Assembly: GCA_965203325.1 (NCBI GenBank)
Contig: OZ241875.1
Location: 2,592,001-2,656,000, forward strand
Length of the DNA: 64,000 bases
Source of the DNA: a bacterium
GTDB lineage: Bacteria > UBA8248
Direction: 5' to 3'
Within the stretch, counting starts at the first letter, position 1. The number at the start of each line of letters is the position of its first letter. Below the pieces are notes generated by a model. The model was not told the DNA's origin. It saw only the letters and a list, made by a program, of their open reading frames with translations, and did not search any database. Position numbers and translations under genes: made by a program. Shown here in pieces: positions 1 to 10,198 of this stretch.

Positions 1-744
1 CATGGCCATCACGATGGACAGCATGGTGTACTTGATATCGAAAGCCGCGAACGGTTCGATGTAGTGCAGAAAGGTGGCATGGATGCCGCCCGCCGTTCCG
101 GCGAAGAAGGCGCTGCCGACGAACACGCTGACCTTCACGGCGGTGGTATTGACCGCGAGACCGCTCGCCGCGGCCTCGTCTTCGCGAACGGCGATCAGCG
201 ACAGGCCGAAGTACGAACGGGCGAAGAACATGGTCGCCAGCACGATGCAGACCGCGAGCGCGAAGATGGCGTAGTACTTCTGGTTCAGGTTTCCCGCGAG
301 GACGGGCATGCCGGCGCCGCCGCGCGTGAGCGGCGTCAGGTACTTGGTGGATATGAGCACCCGGGCGCCCTCGGCCAGCGCCAGCATGGAGATGGCGAAA
401 TAGGCCCCGCGAATGCGCAGCAGCGGATAGCCTATCACTGCCGCGACGAGGGCGGAGACGAGCCCGCCCGTCAGGTAGCCCGGGATTAGTCCCATTTTGA
501 AGTCGACGAAGCCGATCACCGATGCGTACATGCCGAGCCCGACGAACAGGACGAAGCCGAAATTGATATAGCCGGAAAAGCCGGAGAAGAAGTTCCAGGC
601 GCCGGCGAGGCAGGTGTAGTAGAGGATCAGGAACAGCAGGGAAATCGCCGCCGGGTCCAAAAAGAGCGGCGCAGTAGCCGCGAGGACCGCGTAGGCGATG
701 AGGCCCACGGCGCCGACGATAGGAATCGCTCGTCTCCAGGTCAT
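1..744 (-). CDS. Branched-chain amino acid ABC transporter permease (LivM-like), runs off the left edge
   Basis: Hand translation from ATG at 744: MTWRRAIPIVGAVGL...AWNFFSGFSGYINFGFVLFVGLGMYA, the typical LivM 'WN..SG..GY..FG' segment; hydrophobic; follows LivH-like gene. Not in the ORF track because it is truncated. Confidence 0.85.
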   Translation of the reverse strand, partial: MTWRRAIPIVGAVGLIAYAVLAATAPLFLDPAAISLLFLILYYTCLAGAWNFFSGFSGYINFGFVLFVGLGMYASVIGFVDFKMGLIPGYLTGGLVSALVAAVIGYPLLRIRGAYFAISMLALAEGARVLISTKYLTPLTRGGAGMPVLAGNLNQKYYAIFALAVCIVLATMFFARSYFGLSLIAVREDEAAASGLAVNTTAVKVSVFVGSAFFAGTAGGIHATFLHYIEPFAAFDIKYTMLSIVMAM

Positions 745-751
745 GGCCGGA

Positions 752-1627
752 TCAATCCTCCACGCCGTAGCCGAGCAACCCCCGCCGCCGGATGGCCAGG
801 ATCAGCACGATGATCAGGTAGGGCAGCACCTGCGCCATGCGCGTCGTCAGGAAATAGGTGCCGACGCTCTCGACGATGCCGAAGATATAGGCCCCCAGAA
901 ATGCGCCGGGCAGACTCCCGAGGCCGCCGATGACGACGATGGCGAAGGCCTTGGCCACGTAGATCAACCCCATTTGCGGATAAATCGTCCACACCATCGC
1001 CACCATGGTCCCGCAGGCGCCCGCGAGCGCGATGCCGAGGCTGAAGGTCACCGTCATGACTTGTTTGACGTTGATGCCGCAGGCTTGCGCCAGACTCCGG
1101 TTCTGCGCGGTGGCTCGGATGGCCTCGCCGTATGCCGTGAACCGGAGGAGGGCGAAGAAAGCGGCGAGCAGAAGCAGCGCCAGCACGAAGGCGACGAGAT
1201 ATATCTTGCTCGTGGTGAGGAACCCGACCGTGATCGGCTCGCCCAGATAGTCAACCGAGCGAAAGGTCGGCGTGAAGACCACCTCCGCCGTGTTCCAGAG
1301 GATCATGGAGATCCCGAAGGTCAGCATCATCGGCGGCATCAGCCCGCGGACGGCGACGACGTTGATCAGGAAATGCCCCAGTCCGAAGCCGATGGCGAAG
1401 AGCACCGCTATGGTGAGGGGCAGCGCCAGCAGCGGATTCATGCCGAGGAAAGCCCAGGCGCCGAAGGTGGTGAAGGCGCCGAGCATCACGAATTCGCCGT
1501 GGGCCGCGTTGACGACCCCGCAGACGCCGAAGATCAGGCTCAGACCGATGGCCACCAGCGCGTACATCGTCCCCAGGATGATCCCGAACGCGATCAGCTC
1601 GCCGAGGGCGCCGAGGGTTTCGAACAT
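752..1627 (-). CDS. Branched-chain amino acid ABC transporter permease (LivH-like)
   Basis: GTMYALVAIGLSLIFGVCGVVNAAHGEF and IVVIGGLGSLPGA motifs; start taken at MFETLG. Confidence 0.9.
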   Translation of the reverse strand: MFETLGALGELIAFGIILGTMYALVAIGLSLIFGVCGVVNAAHGEFVMLGAFTTFGAWAFLGMNPLLALPLTIAVLFAIGFGLGHFLINVVAVRGLMPPMMLTFGISMILWNTAEVVFTPTFRSVDYLGEPITVGFLTTSKIYLVAFVLALLLLAAFFALLRFTAYGEAIRATAQNRSLAQACGINVKQVMTVTFSLGIALAGACGTMVAMVWTIYPQMGLIYVAKAFAIVVIGGLGSLPGAFLGAYIFGIVESVGTYFLTTRMAQVLPYLIIVLILAIRRRGLLGYGVED

Positions 1628-1674
1628 GCCGGGTTTCCCTAACGAAGGGTGGTTGGCCGAAGCCGGCGACCCGG

Positions 1675-1721
1675 TGCAGCCGCCGGGAGCCCGCATCGTG
1701 GCGGACTCCCGGCGGTATGCA
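1675..1721 (-). terminator. Long intercistronic stem-loop downstream of the substrate-binding protein gene (mRNA-stabilising or attenuating)
   Basis: TGCA-GCCGCCGGGAG...CTCCCGGCGG-TATGCA inverted repeat between SBP and permease genes. Confidence 0.55.
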
Positions 1722-1745
1722 ACGGTTCCGACGGGGCGCTTTCGC

Positions 1746-3032
1746 TTACATGGCTTCCCACTTGAAGGGGTGCACGAACTTGGCGGAGGCGATCTTGCTC
1801 GGGTAGATCACCTCGGGCACCACCTTGCCGTTCTTGATCTGGTTCTGCAAAGCGAGTCGCGTGCCGCCGACCTGCAACCCGGAGTCGGGATGACCCAACG
1901 GGTTCACCCGGAAGCGTCCGAACACGGTGGCGCGGTCGAGCGAGAACATGGCGTCGCGGATGGCCGAGCGATTCTCCACCGAGCCGGCCCGTTTGACCGC
2001 CTCCTCGAGAATCTGGCAGCCGCCGTATCCGGCCGCCGCGAGCCAGTCGGGCGCCTTGTTGTACTCCTTGGCAAAGGCGTCGACGAACTTCTTGTTGCCG
2101 GGCCAGTCGGCCGTCGGGAGCCATTCGGTGTCGCTGCAATGCCAGGCCGCGTTCTTCCCGAGCGCCTGATTGAAGTCCACGTGGCCGAGAGCGGACATGT
2201 ACCAGATCGCCTTGGGCGCCCATTTCAACGACAGGGCGGCCTTGGCAATCAGGATGGAGTCGGCCGAGTAGCCGCCCCCGCAGAGCACCTCGGCACCGGC
2301 GTCCCGGGCCTTGCGGACCAGCGGCACCATGTCCTGAATCCCGATGGGATAGGCTTCGTCGAGGACGAGGTCGAGGCCCGCGTCCAGTATCCGCTTCCGC
2401 ACGCCCTCCGCCGCGGCGATAGGCATCGCGTCGTCGATGTGCAGCAGGGCGACCTTCTTCATCCCGGCGTTCTTGCACATCACTTCCATGCCGGCGAAGC
2501 GGTCGCGGCTCGGTACCATGAGCTGCACCTGCCAGTTAAGCTTCTGGCCCAGCCATATCTTCTGGCTGGAGGCGGTGGCGCTGACGGTGGGAATCTTCGC
2601 CGCGGCGACGATGGGCCGCACCGCCAGGTTGATGGAGCTGGCGTAGGGGCCGAGCAGCAGGTCGACCTTCTGGTTGTGGATGAGATGAAGCATGAGCCGC
2701 GCGCCCTGGGTGGGGTCGCTCGTATCGTCGAGAACGGTCAGTTCGACCTTGCGCCCGTTGATGAGCCCGGGCTCGCTGTGCGGAAGCTTCTCGTTGCCGT
2801 AGCTGTAGCCCTTCTCGTTGATGTGCTTGGCCCAAAGCTTGTAGCCTTCGACGCAGTAGAGCGCCTCGCGGGAATACCGCCCGGTGAGCGGCATCGGGCA
2901 GCCGATCTTGATGGGCTTCGCGGCGCGGGCCGACGTCAGGATTCCCGGCGCCGCCAGGGAGCCCAGGCCGGCCAAAGAACCAGCGGTCGAATACTTCAGG
3001 AACTCGCGTCTCGTGATCGTGCTCTTGGACAT
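1746..3032 (-). CDS. Liv-family ABC substrate-binding protein with Tat signal
   Basis: TRREFLK twin-arginine leader; IKIGCPMPLTG, DDTSDP, LLGPYAS periplasmic binding protein type 1 motifs. Confidence 0.9.
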   Translation of the reverse strand: MSKSTITRREFLKYSTAGSLAGLGSLAAPGILTSARAAKPIKIGCPMPLTGRYSREALYCVEGYKLWAKHINEKGYSYGNEKLPHSEPGLINGRKVELTVLDDTSDPTQGARLMLHLIHNQKVDLLLGPYASSINLAVRPIVAAAKIPTVSATASSQKIWLGQKLNWQVQLMVPSRDRFAGMEVMCKNAGMKKVALLHIDDAMPIAAAEGVRKRILDAGLDLVLDEAYPIGIQDMVPLVRKARDAGAEVLCGGGYSADSILIAKAALSLKWAPKAIWYMSALGHVDFNQALGKNAAWHCSDTEWLPTADWPGNKKFVDAFAKEYNKAPDWLAAAGYGGCQILEEAVKRAGSVENRSAIRDAMFSLDRATVFGRFRVNPLGHPDSGLQVGGTRLALQNQIKNGKVVPEVIYPSKIASAKFVHPFKWEAM

Positions 3033-3244
3033 TTCCGTTCCTCCCTGATGGGTGCGATTGGACCGTTACGCTTTGCGGGACATCACCGATGGACGTTCGA
3101 ACAAGCGGCATCGTGAGCCGACGATCTCTCACGCCGCAATTCAAACGCCGGGCGGTTCGTTACGCCCCGCACGATGGATTAAAAAGCCGATATGGATACC
3201 TCATGCTACCACCGGGACCCCGCCGAAGCAAACGAAAGTGCAGG

Positions 3245-3539
3245 GGGGTTGTTGAAAAACCCCTATCCGCCTCATCCTGAGTAGCGGCCCCTCGACTTCG
3301 CTCGGGGCAGGCTCCGCCGTTCCCCGACACCCCTCATCCTGAGTAGGCGCGTAAGCGCCGTATCGAAGGTCAAACGCGATTGATGAATGAGCGTTTGCTC
3401 TCGTCCCCGCGCGAGTTCCTCGCCCTTCGATACAAACGCTCCTTTCTCAGTCGCGTTTTACCTTCGGCGGCTACTCAGGGTGAGGAAAGAGGCGTTGGCG
3501 GTTTGCAGGGGTCGCAGACGAGGCTTTTTCAACAGCCCC
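3245..3539. mobile_element. MITE-like element: TIRs enclosing CTCATCCTGAGTAG-type REP palindromes
   Basis: GGGGTTGTTGAAAAACC at the left end, GGCTTTTTCAACAGCCCC at the right end; interior CTCATCCTGAGTAG x2, GTATCGAAGG/CCTTCGATAC and CTACTCAGGGTGAGG inverted copies. Confidence 0.75.
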
Positions 3540-3742
3540 GGCGCATACGAAATTTCCAATCTTGCGCTTCATTGGCGAATTAGGTAACATTTTTCCATAT
3601 CTTTTCTTCTTTATACCTGAAACAAATTCGAATATCTGAGAGCGGAGTTACGCGTCCGCGTTCAGCACGTCTCCGTATGGGGGTGAGTGCATATTCGTGG
3701 ATTTTCACTCACTAAAACGTAGTCAACAGGAGGACTTGCGAT

Positions 3743-4783
3743 ATGAGGTGCGCGTGGAAACGAATCAATATCATCATGCTCGTTGCGGTTGTGGCGGTCT
3801 GGGCCTTTGGCGCAGGCGTCTCGGAAGCGGCCAAGCACAAACTCGTCGTGGGATCGGGCGGCGGCAACATCGGGGCGCCCATCCACGTCGCCAAGGTGAA
3901 GGGGTACTTCACGCAAGAAGACCTTGCGATCGAACACAAGATATTCTCCTCCGGCGCGGCCATGGTCGAGGCGCTCGCGGCGGGCGGCGTCGAGTTGGGC
4001 CACTCGGGGGATCTGCCGTTTGTCTCGCTGGCTGCCGCCAACGTGCCCGCATGCATCATCGCCCAGAACGGGCAGGACAAGGATTATCTCGAGATTTTCG
4101 TCGGCAAGGACCTGGGCATGACGAAACCCACCGACTTCTACGGGAAAAAGGTCGGGTTGCGGTTTGCATCCGCGGCCCACATTCTGTGGATCAACTTTCT
4201 TCAAAAATACAACCTGGACGCCAAAAAGATCCGGGTGGTGAACCTGACGCCGAACGATCTCATCGCCGCCTACAAGAACAAGGACGTGGACGGCGGGGTG
4301 GTCTGGTATCCGCATCTGACGACCGCGGAGCAGGTCCGCCCGACGCATTTTGCGCATTCCCAGTTGCTCAACAAGTTCGGCAAAATGGCGAAGCCCGCCA
4401 ACATCCACCTTTCCTTCACCCTCATCAGCGCGCGGAAAGCGGCGCTCAAGAACAAGCCGGACGCCATGAAGGCGTATATGCGGGCGATGCTGAAGTCCTA
4501 CCGGTTCATGAACGATTCGGGAAATCGCGCAGAGTTTCTGAAAATCCTGGGCAAGGCATACAAAATGTCCGCTCCCGCGATGAAACCCATTCTTGACAAC
4601 ACTTTCTACAGGCTTGAGATTACGGATGAAATGGTGAACGCCGAACAAGCGGTGGCCAATAATATGAAACGGGTCGGCAGGAAGCTCAAAAGAACGCCGA
4701 ACATAAGAGAATTCGTCTATACGGATCTCCTGAAGTCGGTCGCGAAGGATCTGGCGAAGACCGAAGGGGCCTGCAAGCTTTAG
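3743..4783 (+). CDS. ABC transporter substrate-binding protein (SsuA/TauA/NMT1-like)
   Basis: Signal peptide; KGYFTQEDL..FSSGAAMVEALAAGGVE pattern; RBS AGGAGG upstream; adjacent ATPase and permeases. Confidence 0.88.
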   Translation: MRCAWKRINIIMLVAVVAVWAFGAGVSEAAKHKLVVGSGGGNIGAPIHVAKVKGYFTQEDLAIEHKIFSSGAAMVEALAAGGVELGHSGDLPFVSLAAANVPACIIAQNGQDKDYLEIFVGKDLGMTKPTDFYGKKVGLRFASAAHILWINFLQKYNLDAKKIRVVNLTPNDLIAAYKNKDVDGGVVWYPHLTTAEQVRPTHFAHSQLLNKFGKMAKPANIHLSFTLISARKAALKNKPDAMKAYMRAMLKSYRFMNDSGNRAEFLKILGKAYKMSAPAMKPILDNTFYRLEITDEMVNAEQAVANNMKRVGRKLKRTPNIREFVYTDLLKSVAKDLAKTEGACKL

Positions 4784-4835
4784 GGGGACAGTCTCACTTT
4801 ACCGGTTTGGGGTGTCTGTATCGTGAACTTCCGAT

Positions 4836-5648
4836 ATGACGGTTAATCTGCAGGTACATCGGGTCTCGAAAGAATTCGTCGACCGGCGCGCCAAGTCTAC
4901 GGTGCGGGCGCTGGATGAAATAAACCTCGAGGTCCAAAAAGGCGAAGTCATCTGCATCCTCGGTCCCAGCGGATGCGGAAAATCCACCCTCCTGAACATC
5001 GTCGCGGGATTCCTCCCCCCCTCGGGGGGGGAGGTTCGCGTCGACGGGCACCCGGTCATCGAGCCGGGGCCCGACCGGGGTTTCGTCTTCCAGGAATTCG
5101 CCCTTTTCCCCTGGCGGACGGTGCTCGAGAATATCGAATTCGGTCCTGTCCTGAAGGGGATGGAAAAGACCGGCCGCCACGCCCGCGCGCGGGAACTCAT
5201 CCAGCGCATCCACCTTACGGGATTCGAGGACAAATACCCCTTCGAGCTTTCGGGCGGAATGAAGCAGCGCGTCGGGATCGCCCGGGCGCTGGCGAACGAT
5301 CCCGAGGTGCTGCTGATGGACGAGCCTTTTGGGGCATTGGACGCCCAGACGCGCCGGGTGATGCAGGAAGAGCTCCTGAAGCTTCTCGGTGAAACGAAGA
5401 AAACCGTCCTCTTCGTGACCCACGCGATCGACGAGGCCATCGTTCTGGCCGACCGGGTGCTGATCATGACGGCCCGCCCCGGCCAGGTGAAGGCCCTTCT
5501 CGGCGTCGACCTCCCCCGTCCCCGGGAGAGGACTTCTCCTGAATTCAACGAACTGTACCGGACGATGGACGACCTCATCCGGGTCGAGGTGGAGAAGGCG
5601 TCGGAAGTGCAGGATTCGGATTCCGCGGCTCCGGGAGAGGGCGCATGA
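4836..5648 (+). CDS. ABC transporter ATP-binding protein (nitrate/sulfonate/taurine type)
   Basis: Walker A GPSGCGKST, LSGGMKQR signature, LLMDEPFGALD. Confidence 0.95.
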   Translation: MTVNLQVHRVSKEFVDRRAKSTVRALDEINLEVQKGEVICILGPSGCGKSTLLNIVAGFLPPSGGEVRVDGHPVIEPGPDRGFVFQEFALFPWRTVLENIEFGPVLKGMEKTGRHARARELIQRIHLTGFEDKYPFELSGGMKQRVGIARALANDPEVLLMDEPFGALDAQTRRVMQEELLKLLGETKKTVLFVTHAIDEAIVLADRVLIMTARPGQVKALLGVDLPRPRERTSPEFNELYRTMDDLIRVEVEKASEVQDSDSAAPGEGA

Positions 5649-6415
5649 ACAGAAGAATGGCGACGCGCGCCGCCTCTATCGGCGGATTGGTTATCCTCTG
5701 GTTCGTGGTTACGCATTACAAACTGGTCAATCCGCTCTTCCTGCCGCCGCCCAGGGAAGTCTGGGAGGGAGCGGTCGATCTTATTCAGGCGGGTGAGTTG
5801 CGGGAACACATTGCCGCCAGCCTATGGCGGATGTTCATGGGTTTCGTCGTCGGCTCCTTCACCGGCGTAGTCATCGGAATCCTGATGGGCCAGTTCCGGT
5901 TCTTCCACGCGGCCGTGGGGCCATTGGTCGAGATCATCCGGCCCATTCCCGGTCTGGCCTGGATCCCGGTGGCCCTTATCTGGTTCGGTATCGAAGACGC
6001 CTCCAAGGTATTCATCATATCCATGGGCGTGTTCCTCGCCGTCGTCACCAATACCTTCGTGGGAGTCCGCTCGCTGGATCCCGTTCTGGTGCGCGCCGCG
6101 CGCAGCCTGGGAGCCAACCGCCGGGACGTTTTCTTCCGCGTGGTCCTTCCCGGAACCCTCCCTCACATCTTCACCGGTTTTCGGCTGGGCGTTCAGGTCT
6201 CCTTCGCCTTGCTGGTCGCGGCGGAGCTGGTGGGTTCCACGTCGGGCCTGGGATTCCTGATCCAGGACGCCCGGAATTATTTCCGCGGGGATTTGGTCAT
6301 CCTGGGCATGGCCGTCATCGGCGCCCTGGGATTCAGCATCACGCGCCTCGTGGAAATCGCGGAGAGGTGGTTTCTCCGCTGGCATTCCACGAGCCGGGAA
6401 GGCGCTTTCTACTAG
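5645..6415 (+). CDS. ABC transporter permease (SsuC/TauC type)
   Basis: RPIPGLAWIP, AARSLGA EAA loop, LVAAEL; ATGA overlap with the ATPase gene. Confidence 0.92.
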   Translation: MNRRMATRAASIGGLVILWFVVTHYKLVNPLFLPPPREVWEGAVDLIQAGELREHIAASLWRMFMGFVVGSFTGVVIGILMGQFRFFHAAVGPLVEIIRPIPGLAWIPVALIWFGIEDASKVFIISMGVFLAVVTNTFVGVRSLDPVLVRAARSLGANRRDVFFRVVLPGTLPHIFTGFRLGVQVSFALLVAAELVGSTSGLGFLIQDARNYFRGDLVILGMAVIGALGFSITRLVEIAERWFLRWHSTSREGAFY

Positions 6416-6423
6416 GAGAGACC

Positions 6424-7197
6424 TTGCAAACGCAATCCGTTTCAGGCCGCTTCGGAATATCCGCCGTCTCGGTGGCGGGCTTCGTCGTCCTCTGGCAGCT
6501 CTCCGTCACCCTCGGGCTGGTGGACCCGCTCATCCTGCCCTCCCCCTGGATGGCCATCCAGTCCGGGATCAGGCGCGCCGAAGGTGGTGAGCTTCTCCGC
6601 CACATCATCGCCTCGGTGCTTCGTATCACCGAGGGGTTCTTCCTGGGCTCCGCCCTGGGCGTCCTGCTCGGTTTGCTCATGGGTCAGGTCCGAATCATCG
6701 GCGATGCGCTCGAACCGATCGTGGACATATTCCGGCAAATTCCCGAGGTTGCGTGGATTCCCCTCGCCATCCTGATGTTCCAGATGGGGGAGGGTTCCAA
6801 GGTTTTCATCATCACCTACGGCGCGTTGTTTCCCGCCATCATCTGCACCTTCGACGGCGTCAGGATGACCGAGCCCGCCATCATCCGCGCGGCGCGCTCC
6901 CTGGGCGCGAGCCGGAGCCAGCTTTTCTGGCGGGTCACGCTGCCCGCCACCCTCCCCCACATCATGACCGGGCTTTGGATCGGACTCGGCTATGCTTTCC
7001 GCGGGCTCATCGCGGCCGAGTTGGCGGGGGCGCAGGAGGGAATCGGGTTCATGATCATGCTGGCGCGCGAAGACAACCTGACCGCGGACGCTTTCATGGG
7101 CATGGCGCTCATCGGGGTGATTGGCTTTTGCGCCATTTACGGCCTGGGCGCTGTCCGCAACCACGTTCTCCGCTGGCACGAGAGCACGCAGGAGTAA
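6424..7197 (+). CDS. Second ABC transporter permease (SsuC/TauC type)
   Basis: C-terminal part of ORF 5824-7197; TTG start at 6424 after GGAGAG; RQIPEVAWIP, AARSLGA, LIAAEL. Confidence 0.88.
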   Translation: MQTQSVSGRFGISAVSVAGFVVLWQLSVTLGLVDPLILPSPWMAIQSGIRRAEGGELLRHIIASVLRITEGFFLGSALGVLLGLLMGQVRIIGDALEPIVDIFRQIPEVAWIPLAILMFQMGEGSKVFIITYGALFPAIICTFDGVRMTEPAIIRAARSLGASRSQLFWRVTLPATLPHIMTGLWIGLGYAFRGLIAAELAGAQEGIGFMIMLAREDNLTADAFMGMALIGVIGFCAIYGLGAVRNHVLRWHESTQE

Positions 7198-7477
7198 GGT
7201 TTTTCATTCGGCCCGTCCTCTCCTTCGGTTCGGACGCAGCGGCAAGACCCCGTCGGGCGTTAGTCCTTGCCAGTCATACCGGGGCGATACGCGCAGGGCC
7301 GACTCGTGAAACAGGGGGAGGTAGCGGAATCTCACAGACGTAGGAAATCCCCTGGTGTCTGAAAACGGGCGTAAGCTGAAGCCAAATTGAATCATGGGCC
7401 TGAATGATTCATTTGTCATACGAAAGTTGAAAAAAGGATTACGGGCTTTGACGCCAAACCAAAGCTTTTTCGCCCGA

Positions 7478-7506
7478 TTGACCTGCCATATTCTCAGTGT
7501 TACATT
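7478..7506 (+). promoter_or_regulatory. Putative sigma70 promoter of the TAXI/hydantoinase cluster
   Basis: TTGACC-17 bp-TACATT with TG extension in an AT-rich intergenic region. Confidence 0.45.
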
Positions 7507-7833
7507 GAGAATTCTTTAATATCTTTATACTTTTGACCACGCCATCAACGGTCTACCTGCGCTTTCCGAACCGCGAAAAGAGGTTCTCGATGGACGCGAA
7601 ACATGCGTGGTTTTTCCCGGCCGCTCGCGCCGATGACGTTCCCGAATCCAATGATAAAAAACCCCGAGAGGGAAACCGCGCACGGATATCTTTCGGAGGG
7701 AAGAGTTTTCGATGCCCCGACGCGCCGCCGCTACGCCGGCGTATCGGCCTACGCATCCGGGAAGCCTGACAAAGACGCGGAAGGCGCTGTTGCGCTTTCA
7801 TTTTCTTAAACCGAGAAACAGGGGAGGTCGGCT

Positions 7834-8871
7834 ATGTGGCGTAATCGAAGAGATGGAAAGCGTCTCGTTGAAAACCGGACCGTGAGAATTAGCGGGTTGT
7901 TCCTGGTGCTGGCGATATTCGGCTTTGTCGCCGTTCTCTCGACCCCCGTATTCGCCATGGACAAGCAGCTTACCTTCATGTCGGGCGGTGCGAAGGGCTC
8001 CTGGTACCGCTACCTGACGGCGATGAGCGAATGTATGCGGAAAAACAGCGACATCAAGGTCACCGTCGTCCCGACCTCGGGCGGCATGGAAGCCTTCAGG
8101 AAGCTCCAGGCGGGCAAGGCCGACGTGGGCTTCACCTTCCAGACCGTGGCCTTTCCGGCCTGGGCCGGCAAGGGAAGCTGGAAGGGAAAGAAGCTCCGGG
8201 AACTGCGCGCGGTCGGTTTCGGGATTTCTTCTTCGATATTCCACTTCGTCGTCCTGAAAAGCTCCGGCATCGAGAAGCTGGCCGATTTGAGCGGGAAGAA
8301 GTTCTCGCCCTGCCCCATCGGCACCACCTGCTACGCATCCGTCGGCTCCTTTCTCAGGCACATCGGCTTGTACAACAAGATCAAGGTCAGCAACCTCTCG
8401 CACGGTGAGCAGGTCAGTTACCTGAAGGACGGCAAGATCGACGGCTACGCCCTGCAGGGCGGTCTGCCGAACCCCTCGGTCACCGAGGCGGCCCTGACCC
8501 GGCCCGTCCGGCTGATCAGCGTCGATCAGGGGGTGGATTTCAGCGGTTTCCTGAAGGAGTTTCCCGGCTTCGAACCCACGACGATTCCGAAGGGGACCTA
8601 CAAGGGCGTGGACTATGACGTGTCCACCATGGGCCTGAGCGGTGTTCTGGTGGCGAACAAAAACACCTCGCCCGATTTGATTTACGAGATGACGAAGACG
8701 CTCTGGGGCAAGTCCTGCGTCGGTTACCTGACGAAGAACAACCGCGGCCTGGCCGGCATGAAGAAAGCCAATCCGACCGAAGGGCTGGTGATTCCGGTTC
8801 ACGCGGGCGCCGCCCGGTACTGGAAGGAAAGAGGGATCAAGAATATGGCGCCCGCCGAGGGCTCGATGTAA
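7834..8871 (+). CDS. TAXI-family TRAP transporter solute receptor
   Basis: SGGAKGSWY, TSGGME, LKDGKIDG, IPVHAGAARYWKE motifs; signal peptide; start may be GTG 7882. Confidence 0.9.
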   Translation: MWRNRRDGKRLVENRTVRISGLFLVLAIFGFVAVLSTPVFAMDKQLTFMSGGAKGSWYRYLTAMSECMRKNSDIKVTVVPTSGGMEAFRKLQAGKADVGFTFQTVAFPAWAGKGSWKGKKLRELRAVGFGISSSIFHFVVLKSSGIEKLADLSGKKFSPCPIGTTCYASVGSFLRHIGLYNKIKVSNLSHGEQVSYLKDGKIDGYALQGGLPNPSVTEAALTRPVRLISVDQGVDFSGFLKEFPGFEPTTIPKGTYKGVDYDVSTMGLSGVLVANKNTSPDLIYEMTKTLWGKSCVGYLTKNNRGLAGMKKANPTEGLVIPVHAGAARYWKERGIKNMAPAEGSM

Positions 8872-8909
8872 TTCCGGCGGGTGATTTTCGCGTTTCTATC
8901 CGGGGAAGC

Positions 8910-8960
8910 GTGGAGTTCGGGTAGCCTTCGTTATTCATTTGCGAAGGCGCCCGATTCCAC
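8910..8960 (+). terminator. Intercistronic stem-loop after the TAXI receptor gene
   Basis: GTGGAGTTCGGGTAGCCTTCG...CGAAGGCGCCCGATTCCAC long imperfect inverted repeat. Confidence 0.55.
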
Positions 8961-9039
8961 CTCCTGAGATAATCAGCGATGGACATGAATCGGGGTTTCC
9001 CGATCCCGTGCGGGACCCAAGAGGGCGGAGCCGTGTGCG

Positions 9040-10134
9040 ATGAGTTTTGAGAGAAAGACACTCGGGGTCGCCGTGGTCGGCGCGGGGCGCATGGGGACCC
9101 ATCGCGCCCGAATGGCGTCCAAACACCCCGCGGTCCGGTTTCTGGCCATTTCGGATATCGACCCCTCCCGCGCCAAGGCGCTGGGCGAAGAGGTGGGAGC
9201 GCATTTCACCACAGGCGACAACGAGGAGGCGATATCCCACCCCGACGTCACCGCCGTCATCGTGTCCACCCCCGAACCCAGGCACGTCGAGCCGATTCTG
9301 CAGACCATCGAGCGCGGAAAACGCGTCGTGGTCGAGACGCCCCTGGCCTTGAGCCTTGACGATGCGGACAGGCTTATCGATGCTTCCGCGCGCAGTGGCG
9401 TGGAACTGCACGTGAACTACAGCAAGCGTTACTCGCGCCACTACTTCCTCGGCAAGGAGCAGGTCGTGGAGGGACGGCTGGGGCGGCTCCTGGGTGGAAC
9501 GGCCCGGGTGTACAATTCGCGCGCGCAGGCCTTCGAGATCCTGAAACGAACGGACGAGGTCACCCCGGTGGTCGACGTACTGGTCTACTCGGTGGATATG
9601 ATTTGCTGGCTCATGGAGGGAATCCGCCCCGTGGAGGTTTTCGCCCGCGGTCACGGGATCGTTTTCGAAGAAGCCGGCTACCCCGGCATCGACGATACGA
9701 CCTGGGCGATTCTCACGTTCGAGGACGGCGCCGTCTTCAGCCTGGGAATCTGCTACGCTCTGCCCTACAAATATCCCACGCTGGGGCAAGGCACCCGCCT
9801 GGAAGTCATCGGAAAGGAGGGAGTGCTTCTCTTCGACGAGGACAAGAAGGAGAACCTCCTCTATACGGAGAAGGGCTATCCCCACGTCTACGTCCCCGAT
9901 CACCACATCAACACCGCGTTCCTGGGAACCAACTCCGCCGGCGACTGGGCGCTCGATCATATGTTCGGGCCCGTCGCCCACGAGACGCGCGCCTGGCTCG
10001 ATTACCTTTCGACGGGGAACCCCTGCCTGCATCCGACCGCCAAAGAGGCGCGGCAGACTCTGGAAATCACGCTCGCGATCGACGAATCCGCCCGGACCGG
10101 AAGGGCGATCGAGTTGCCATCGAGAGTCATCTGA
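9040..10134 (+). CDS. Gfo/Idh/MocA family oxidoreductase
   Basis: VAVVGAGRMG Rossmann motif, AVIVSTPE, VVETPLA (EKP variant). Confidence 0.88.
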   Translation: MSFERKTLGVAVVGAGRMGTHRARMASKHPAVRFLAISDIDPSRAKALGEEVGAHFTTGDNEEAISHPDVTAVIVSTPEPRHVEPILQTIERGKRVVVETPLALSLDDADRLIDASARSGVELHVNYSKRYSRHYFLGKEQVVEGRLGRLLGGTARVYNSRAQAFEILKRTDEVTPVVDVLVYSVDMICWLMEGIRPVEVFARGHGIVFEEAGYPGIDDTTWAILTFEDGAVFSLGICYALPYKYPTLGQGTRLEVIGKEGVLLFDEDKKENLLYTEKGYPHVYVPDHHINTAFLGTNSAGDWALDHMFGPVAHETRAWLDYLSTGNPCLHPTAKEARQTLEITLAIDESARTGRAIELPSRVI

Positions 10135-10198
10135 GAATCCCCCACCCTGCATATGACGCCCCTGACGCCATACGAGGCATGCCTGCGGAACGCAGGGG

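Noticed and set aside
1272..3116. Long antisense or alternate-frame ORFs (also 10127-11812, 19015-20280, 20844-22457, 33184-34878, 39628-41406, 57934-59349)
   Set aside because: Shadow ORFs opposite well-supported genes, expected at high GC; no recognisable motifs.
7225..7395. Possible riboswitch or structured ncRNA (GGCAAG..CTTGCC and CAGAC..GTCTG stems; GGTAGCGG resembling c-di-GMP-I)
   Set aside because: The conserved c-di-GMP-I core (GGCAAAC...GGGACGCAAAG) is absent and the region lies upstream of the predicted promoter; an Rfam/Infernal scan would be needed.
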